DNA of 64,000 nucleotides, from assembly GCA_050949505.1 (NCBI GenBank), contig JBMNFV010000001.1:158284-222283 (forward strand), in the 5' to 3' direction. Of this stretch, positions 57,985-64,000 are shown piece by piece. This stretch comes from Patescibacteria group bacterium (GTDB taxonomy: Bacteria > Patescibacteriota > Patescibacteriia > Patescibacteriales > UBA12465). Within the stretch, counting starts at the first letter, position 1, and each line of letters begins with the position of its first letter. A program made the translations under genes and the position numbers. Below the pieces are notes generated by a model that worked only from the letters and a program-made list of their open reading frames with translations, did no database searches and was not told the origin of the DNA.

Positions 57985-58944
57985 TTACAAGTTAGCAATA
58001 AGTAGCATTAGTTCTGGTTTTAGCAATAAGTCCCGAGATTTATTGGCAGAATTTAAACCGATTAGTTGATTAAGGTGGCGCTTTAATTCGGTTAGAGAAA
58101 AGTGTTTAGCTTGCTGAATTCCTTTTTTAATAACATAAGGATGGTGCCTTAACTCCTGAGTGATTTTAGCCGGAGACCAATGTCTATCAAGGGCATCTTT
58201 AATTTCCGTTAGAATTTTAAATTGCCTAATTAGCATAGCCAAAAGGTGAGACTCTTTAAGGCCAGCCAGATATTGCTCCTCTAAGAGACTGAGGGCTAAA
58301 GCTTTATTTTTAACACTAATCGCATCAGTGAGAGCAAAAATATTCTCCACGCTAACATTAGCACCCAAGGCCTTAACCATTTCTAAGTTAATTAATTTCT
58401 CTTCACCAAAGAAGGCCAGCTTTTTAATTTCCTGACTTAGGGCCCAGAGGTCTTGATTGGTGTTGATTAGCAATTGGGCGCTAGCTGGGGGAGCAATTTC
58501 CTTGCCATACGAAGCGACTTCCTGCTTAATGAAGTTTAACAGCTGAAAGTTGTTAAGGGGTTTAAATTCTTGGACAAACTTTTGTTGACTAAGAAAATTA
58601 AATAATTTTTTTGCCTCTGGGCGATTTTTAAGCTCAAGCTCTTCGTCAATAAAGGCTAAAGTGATATCTGAAGAGTCGTTATTTTTTTTTAAATAATCAG
58701 TCAGGTCGGCTAGTAATTTGGGGTTTTTGTTTTTAAAAATATTATTAACAATTACTAGTCGCTTTTCGGTAAATAGGGAAGTGGTATTTATTTTCTCAAC
58801 TAAGTCGCTTAGTTTTATGTTTTCTCCTGCTAAAGTAGTTAAACTCTGAGAGGCTTGATTAACCTCAGAGCGAAACTTGTCTTGTAGTTGTTTGAGCCAG
58901 CGACGACTACGGAAAGTGTCGGCACCGTGCAGGAAAATAATCAT
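57985..58944 (-). CDS. holA: DNA polymerase III delta subunit
   Basis: 319 aa. Length, helical C-terminal half, N-terminal IIFLHGADTF and context (4-nt overlap with murI) fit HolA. Sequence motifs are weak in this family. Confidence 0.7.
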   Translation of the reverse strand: MIIFLHGADTFRSRRWLKQLQDKFRSEVNQASQSLTTLAGENIKLSDLVEKINTTSLFTEKRLVIVNNIFKNKNPKLLADLTDYLKKNNDSSDITLAFIDEELELKNRPEAKKLFNFLSQQKFVQEFKPLNNFQLLNFIKQEVASYGKEIAPPASAQLLINTNQDLWALSQEIKKLAFFGEEKLINLEMVKALGANVSVENIFALTDAISVKNKALALSLLEEQYLAGLKESHLLAMLIRQFKILTEIKDALDRHWSPAKITQELRHHPYVIKKGIQQAKHFSLTELKRHLNQLIGLNSANKSRDLLLKPELMLLIANL

Positions 58945-59777
58945 AGGGTAATATCTATTTCTTTAACAGTTTTTATCTTATGTTCTAAAAACTTTTCCGC
59001 TGATCGCTTAAAGCGGGCTGCTTTGTTAGTAACGTAGTAGGTTTCACTAGGACGCCGACTAGGCTTGATAAAGTCAGGATGTTTGGTTAAATACTCTTTT
59101 AGACTATTAGCAATTATTTCTCCCGGATGAAGCACTTTAAGGCGACGGCCGCCGATACGCTTAATTTCTTGGTATAAGATCGGGTAATGAGTACAAGCTA
59201 GCAAGAGAGTGTCTATTTGCTTTACCTTAAGGGGGCGAAGGTATTTCTTGATAATCATGTTAGTCTCTGGTCGTTTTAACCAGCCCTCTTCTATCAGAGG
59301 AACTAACAAGGGAGCGCTGCTTTGCCAAACTTTAATTTGGGGATTAAGTTTTTTAATTTTCTGTAAATAAACTTCGGAATCAACAGTCGCTTGAGTGGCT
59401 AAGATCCCCACTCGGGATGCGGAGCTAGAGCTAACCGCTTCGGCCAGTGGTCTAATTACTCCAAAAATACGACGATCAGGGAAGTGTTTGGGTAAATATT
59501 CTTCTCGCAGTCTATCTAAGGCGTAGGCTGAGGCAGTATTGCAAGCGAGAATGACCAACTTACAGCCTTGTTGGAATAGAAAATCTACCCCCTCCTTAGT
59601 GTATTGATAAATTATCTCAGGAGTTTTAGAGCCATATGGGAGACGAGCATTATCAGCTAGATAAAGGTAATTATAGTTAGGGAGTTCGGCTAAAAAGTAT
59701 TTTAAAATTGTTAGACCTCCTAGTCCAGAATCAAAGACCCCAATTAGATCTTTTTCTTTAGTTTTTTTGCTTAACAT
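58941..59777 (-). CDS. murI: Glutamate racemase
   Basis: Motifs: IGVFDSGLGGLT, LACNTAS, LACTHYP. I start at ATG 59777 (MLSKKTKEKDLIGVFDSG). The track's 36-aa N-terminal extension lies inside murD and looks spurious. Confidence 0.85.
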   Translation of the reverse strand: MLSKKTKEKDLIGVFDSGLGGLTILKYFLAELPNYNYLYLADNARLPYGSKTPEIIYQYTKEGVDFLFQQGCKLVILACNTASAYALDRLREEYLPKHFPDRRIFGVIRPLAEAVSSSSASRVGILATQATVDSEVYLQKIKKLNPQIKVWQSSAPLLVPLIEEGWLKRPETNMIIKKYLRPLKVKQIDTLLLACTHYPILYQEIKRIGGRRLKVLHPGEIIANSLKEYLTKHPDFIKPSRRPSETYYVTNKAARFKRSAEKFLEHKIKTVKEIDITL

Positions 59778-61029
59778 AGGTTTTGAATAAATCACCTCGT
59801 TCTTTGTAGTTTTTAAATATACCAAAACTAGCACAAGCCGTCGAGAGTAGTACGACATCGCCCCTAGTGGCAATTTGTTTGGCAAGGGCTACGGCCGCAG
59901 ACATCTCTTTTGCAAAAGATATTTTCTCGGCTGGGAATCCGGCTAATTTAAGAGCCGCTTTAAGTTTGTCGCTGCCTAGTCCGGGCAGAAGAATGAGGTG
60001 CTTAACTTCTTGGGTAATAGTTTTAGCCAGCTTAGAGAAATCAGCTCCCTTATCAGCCCCGCCAGCAATTTGAATAATGGGCTCAGAAAAGGACAAAAGG
60101 TCTAAACGAGTACTTTCTGGAGTGGTGGAAAAACTATTATCAAAATATTTAACTCCATTGCGAGTGGCCACTAATTCTAGGCGATGTTCTAGGTTCTTGA
60201 AATTAGCAATCGTTTGCTTAGTTGTTTTGATGTTTAGTTTAAGCAATTTAGCCACGGCTAAGGCAGCCCCGATGTTCTCCCGATTATAGTCACCAACCAA
60301 TTGACTAGGGATAGTAGCGGGGGAGAAATAGATAAGTTTTCCAGGCAGCTTTCTATTTTTTAGCCTAGAGGCAAGCTGAGGGTTGGCAATTAAGTAGTGA
60401 TTAGTTTTTTGTTTAGCAATATTTAATTTAGCCTGCCAATAGCTAGTCAAAGATAGATGATAATTAGGATTTTTAGGGTCAGCGGGAGCGAGGTGTTCAG
60501 GAAATAGATTAGTGATCACCGCAAATTTAGGAGAGAATCTTAAATCCTCTAACTGAAAACTAGATAACTCTAAAACTAAGTAGTCCTCAGGCTTTATTTT
60601 AGTTAAAAAACTAAGGGGGGAGACTCCGATGTTTCCGCCCAACCAGACTCGTTGGCCCGATTGTTTTAAAAGCTGATAGATAAGGGTGGCGGTTGTACCT
60701 TTGCCCTTAGTGCCAGTGATGCCAATAATATTCTTGCTGGGGCAAAGTTCAAAGAATAAATTAAGGGGGCTAGTTAAAGTTGTTCTTTTGTTTGCTAAGG
60801 CTTTTTGTAGCTGAGGGTCATGAAGGGGCCAGCCAGGCGAGCGAACCAAGAGGTCAAAGTCGTCCAGACCTTGATTGAAATTTTTAGGATCACGACTAGC
60901 ATCTTTAATAACTATTTCGGCAGAAATTTTTTGCTGAGTTAGTAATTTCAATAAGGCTTGATTGTCTAAACCAAAGCCCAAGAGCGCGATTTTTTGTTTA
61001 TTTAATTTTTGTAAAGAGGGAAATTTCAT
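59758..61029 (-). CDS. murD: UDP-N-acetylmuramoylalanine--D-glutamate ligase
   Basis: 423 aa. GITGTKGKGTT P-loop, and Mur ligase middle and C-terminal domains. Confidence 0.9.
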   Translation of the reverse strand: MKFPSLQKLNKQKIALLGFGLDNQALLKLLTQQKISAEIVIKDASRDPKNFNQGLDDFDLLVRSPGWPLHDPQLQKALANKRTTLTSPLNLFFELCPSKNIIGITGTKGKGTTATLIYQLLKQSGQRVWLGGNIGVSPLSFLTKIKPEDYLVLELSSFQLEDLRFSPKFAVITNLFPEHLAPADPKNPNYHLSLTSYWQAKLNIAKQKTNHYLIANPQLASRLKNRKLPGKLIYFSPATIPSQLVGDYNRENIGAALAVAKLLKLNIKTTKQTIANFKNLEHRLELVATRNGVKYFDNSFSTTPESTRLDLLSFSEPIIQIAGGADKGADFSKLAKTITQEVKHLILLPGLGSDKLKAALKLAGFPAEKISFAKEMSAAVALAKQIATRGDVVLLSTACASFGIFKNYKERGDLFKTYVKQKN

Positions 61030-61042
61030 AAATTAAAATAAT

Positions 61043-63766
61043 TTAACCTAAGTCCCCCCAATTATTACCCCGAGACTCTTCGGCGATAATGGGGACCTGT
61101 AAGTTAACTAAACTTTCCATAATCTTTTTTAACTGGGGAGCATAGAAGTCTAAGCGATCTTGCTTAACTTCAAAAATTAATTCGTCATGAATTTGAAGAA
61201 TTAAATTTATCTCCTCGGGGTGGTCATTAATTAAGTCATCAATTTTAATCATTGCCAGCTTAATCAAATCAGCCGCCGCTCCTTGAATAGGGGTGTTGAT
61301 TGCCATTCTTTCGGCACTACGGCGCAAGCTAGGAATCTGAGAGTTAATTTCGGGTAGAGGACGTTGGCGTCCAAACATCGTCAAGGCTTGGCCGGTTTCT
61401 TGGGCTTGTTTGATAAAATTATTAACCATTAACTTTATTTTCGGATAAGCGGCGAAATAGCGTTTGATAAACTCATTGGCCTGATAATAACTTAGGCCAG
61501 TTGCCTGGCTTAGACCATGAATCCCTTGGCCGTAGAGAATTCCAAAGTTAATGGCCTTAGCTTCTCGGCGCATGTTTTTAGTGACCTCACTAGGAGGTAG
61601 ATGGTTGATCTCAGCAGCGGTAGCGGTATGAATATCTTCTTGGTTAATAAAGGCGGCAATCATTTTTTTATCACCAGAGAGATGAGCGCTTAGGCGGAGT
61701 TCTATTTGTGAGTAGTCAAAGCTTAAAAATAGGCAGCCGGGAGCGGGAATGAAGGCCTGACGAATTTTTTGTCCCTCGCTAGTTCGGGTAGGAATATTTT
61801 GCAAGTTAGGACTACTAGAGGAAAGACGGCCGGTGGTGGTAATAGTTTGATTAAAGTTAGAATGAATTCGCCCAGTTCTAGGATTAACTTCTTTAGGCAG
61901 GGAATTAAGATAGGTAGTTTGCAGCTTATTTAACTCCCGATACTCACGTAGCTCAGGAACTATTTCATGAACATCATTTAATTTCTCTAATTCTTCTTCA
62001 GCGGTAGAAAAGCCAGTCTTAGTTTTCTTGATATTTTCGGTGGGCAACTCAAGAATTTCAAAAAGGATCCTTTGAAGTTGTTTGGGTGAATTGAGATTAA
62101 AGTTTTCTCCCGCCAGGCGCTGAATATTTTTCTCTAAAGAGTTTAGTTTCTTGGTGACTTGTTGGTTTAATAAATTTAGAGGCTGGGGGTTAAAATTAAT
62201 ACCCCGATTTTCCATTTTACCTAAAACGCTAAGCAGGGGAATTTCAATTTCACTAAACAATTGCCAAAGTTTTTTAGCAGTTAATTTTTTTTCTAAAATT
62301 TTTGCCAGACGAGCAATTAAGTCAGCCTCTTCGTTAGTTTTTAGACTTAATTTTTCTAAATCTAAGTCTTGAGCAAGGAGGCTGAGTTGAGTGGCGGATG
62401 AGGAAGAAGATTTAAAGGAGTAGTCTCGCTCTAGTCCTAGTTCGCTAAAAATTAAATTATCTAAATCAGTTTGTTGGTGGCCAGGGTTTAGTAAATAGGC
62501 GGCGATTAGGGTATCAAGAAAAAGTCCCTGAAGAAAGATCTCTTGTTGAGCTAAAACGCGCCAAGCAAATTTTAAATTATGGCCTGACTTTTTTAACTTA
62601 GCTGACTCTAGGAAGGGCTTTAATTTAGCTAAATAGGAAGCCTGGGCGGGCACGAAATAGGCCTTCTGCTCCTGCCAAGCAAAACTTATTCCCAATAAAG
62701 TCGCCTCCAGAGGGTCAGAGTGATTAGTTGCTAGATTGATAGTTATACTGGTCCTCGTTTTTAATTTAGTTAACAAACTCTTAAGTTGAGCTTCAGTATT
62801 GATTAATTGATAGCCAGGTTTAGAAGGGAGACTTAAGCTTTCGGTAGCTGCTGAGTCCTGAGGGTTTAATTGTGTATGTAGGCCACGGACCTTAGTGAGC
62901 AGGGATTTAAACTCTAGACGACTAAATAGGGTAAAGACTTGGTCTTTAGAGAATTCGGCAAACACTTGAGCGGGCAGAGAAAACTTGATTGGCGCCTGAA
63001 GATTAATAGTGGCCAATTCTTGACTAAGGAAGGCGTCTGCTTGGTGAGTTTGGAGTAGTCCTAAGATGCGAGGTTTAAGGCGAGGGTCATTTTTAGCAAC
63101 TGCTTGATAGACTCCCGCTAAGCTGCCAAAGGTGGCTAGTAGTTCTTGGGCAGTTTTTTCTCCGATCCCCTTTACCCCCGGAATATTATCACTAACATCT
63201 CCCCGTAAGGCTTTGTAGTCAATAATTTGCGAGGCAGTTAGGCCGTAGCGCTCTTGAACCTTAGCTTCGTCATATAAAACACTATCGTTTAGACCACGAC
63301 TCATGGTATAGACCTTTACCTGAGGACCAACTAACTGCAAGGTATCTAAGTCGCCAGTAATAATAATTTTAGTTAGGTCAGTCTGACTTTTAGTTAACTC
63401 GCAAATAGTGCCGATCAAGTCATCACCTTCAAAGCCAGTTAGCTCTAGAATGGGGATGTTAAAGGCTTGAGCGACCTCCTTAACCAAAGGAATTTGTTCA
63501 TATAATTCATCAGGAGCTTTAACTCTGGTCGCTTTATACTCCTCATAGACTTCGTGACGAAAAGTTGGCCCCGGTTTATCTAGGGTCAAGACAACATAGT
63601 CAGGAGAAAATTCTTTTAAGGCTTTTAATAAAAAAGAGCTAAAGCCATAAACGGCATTAACTAGTTGACCACTTTTGGTTCGCAAAGTAGGGGGGAGGGC
63701 ATGGAAACTGCGGTGAATTAAAGCATGTCCATCAATGATAATTAATTTTTTATTTATTTGTTTCAT
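61043..63766 (-). CDS. polA: DNA polymerase I
   Basis: 907 aa. 5' nuclease domain (IDGHALIHRSFHA, GDLDTLQL), exo-like domain, and polymerase motifs DYSQIELRL, RREAKAINFGILYG, QIHDELIFE. Confidence 0.95.
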   Translation of the reverse strand: MKQINKKLIIIDGHALIHRSFHALPPTLRTKSGQLVNAVYGFSSFLLKALKEFSPDYVVLTLDKPGPTFRHEVYEEYKATRVKAPDELYEQIPLVKEVAQAFNIPILELTGFEGDDLIGTICELTKSQTDLTKIIITGDLDTLQLVGPQVKVYTMSRGLNDSVLYDEAKVQERYGLTASQIIDYKALRGDVSDNIPGVKGIGEKTAQELLATFGSLAGVYQAVAKNDPRLKPRILGLLQTHQADAFLSQELATINLQAPIKFSLPAQVFAEFSKDQVFTLFSRLEFKSLLTKVRGLHTQLNPQDSAATESLSLPSKPGYQLINTEAQLKSLLTKLKTRTSITINLATNHSDPLEATLLGISFAWQEQKAYFVPAQASYLAKLKPFLESAKLKKSGHNLKFAWRVLAQQEIFLQGLFLDTLIAAYLLNPGHQQTDLDNLIFSELGLERDYSFKSSSSSATQLSLLAQDLDLEKLSLKTNEEADLIARLAKILEKKLTAKKLWQLFSEIEIPLLSVLGKMENRGINFNPQPLNLLNQQVTKKLNSLEKNIQRLAGENFNLNSPKQLQRILFEILELPTENIKKTKTGFSTAEEELEKLNDVHEIVPELREYRELNKLQTTYLNSLPKEVNPRTGRIHSNFNQTITTTGRLSSSSPNLQNIPTRTSEGQKIRQAFIPAPGCLFLSFDYSQIELRLSAHLSGDKKMIAAFINQEDIHTATAAEINHLPPSEVTKNMRREAKAINFGILYGQGIHGLSQATGLSYYQANEFIKRYFAAYPKIKLMVNNFIKQAQETGQALTMFGRQRPLPEINSQIPSLRRSAERMAINTPIQGAAADLIKLAMIKIDDLINDHPEEINLILQIHDELIFEVKQDRLDFYAPQLKKIMESLVNLQVPIIAEESRGNNWGDLG

Positions 63767-63815
63767 AGCTTTAGTTTATCATTTTTACCCCGATGGAGCA
63801 ATTTTAAATAAGTAT

Positions 63816-63845
63816 CAAAAATCCCCGCTAGTAGCGGGGATTCTT
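63816..63845 (-). terminator. Terminator of the upstream minus-strand gene
   Basis: ATCCCCGC / GCGGGGAT stem. The minus-strand transcript reads GAAUCCCCGCUACUAGCGGGGAUUUUUG. Confidence 0.75.
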
Positions 63846-63854
63846 AGATTAAAA

Positions 63855-64000
63855 TTAATCAATGGCGACTAAGTAGGGGGCTAAAGTTTTCCAATCTAAA
63901 CTAACCTGAACCACTCCCGAGGCACAGATGGTAATATCACATTTGCCGTAAAAGAAACTAATCCCTTCATTGGTTAGGACGAAGTTTTGGAGATTAGCGC
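63855..64000 (-). CDS. 3' end of an unidentified gene (partial, continues beyond the window)
   Basis: My own translation of the minus strand is open for 48 codons and ends ...NLQNFVLTNEGISFFYGKCDITICASGVVQVSLDWKTLAPYLVAID, with stop TAA at 63857-63855. A terminator follows. Not in the ORF track. Confidence 0.4.
   Translation of the reverse strand, partial: ANLQNFVLTNEGISFFYGKCDITICASGVVQVSLDWKTLAPYLVAID

Noticed and set aside
59778-59885. 36-aa N-terminal extension of the murI ORF (MPNKLPLGAMSYYSRR...)
   Set aside because: It lies entirely within the 3' end of murD in another frame and precedes the conserved MurI N-terminus. The internal ATG at 59777 gives a normal-length protein.

Overview
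AT-rich, tightly packed bacterial chromosome segment, mostly housekeeping genes. Main blocks: glyA-folD-recQ, nusA, hppA, tig-smpB-ssrA, rpsA, ftsH-rpmF-nusB-rnc-pilT, recA, adk, hup-rny, infB-rbfA-nrnA, trmD/KH/rpsP, pnp/rpsO/rpsT and holA-murI-murD-polA. RNA genes: a 23S-5S rRNA operon with no 16S in front, 11 tRNAs and a tmRNA. The style suggests a small-genome Patescibacteria/CPR-like organism, which is inference only. The cues are Shine-Dalgarno-poor starts, TTGACT-N17-TAnnnT promoters, many clean hairpin terminators, a T4SS-pilin-like small protein, GT2/GT-C glycosylation modules and E/K-rich tails on RNA-binding proteins. I see no CRISPR array, transposase, integrase, reverse transcriptase or recognisable defence system. 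The non-core material sits in small islets. (1) 44.9-48.4 kb holds two Fib_succ_major (lectin-like) surface-protein genes, the second with its lectin domain broken by many frameshifts and stops. (2) 40.8-42.3 kb holds a DUF5320-DUF134-NodB-like operon next to a tRNA cluster. (3) 21.1-23.1 kb holds an unknown gene coupled to a GH3 adenylating enzyme, just downstream of ssrA and two tRNAs. (4) Two orphan single-gene cassettes lie at 17.5-18.6 kb and 38.6-40.0 kb. (5) A NYN/LabA-like nuclease-fold gene is inserted between rpsO and pnp. (6) A Cys-only CsoR-family regulator is paired with a CMPC thioredoxin. Two partial ORFs at the window edges (1-1045 and 63855-64000, both minus strand) are absent from the supplied ORF track. 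All family calls come from motifs recognised by eye, with no searches run. RNA ends and regulatory-site coordinates are approximate.
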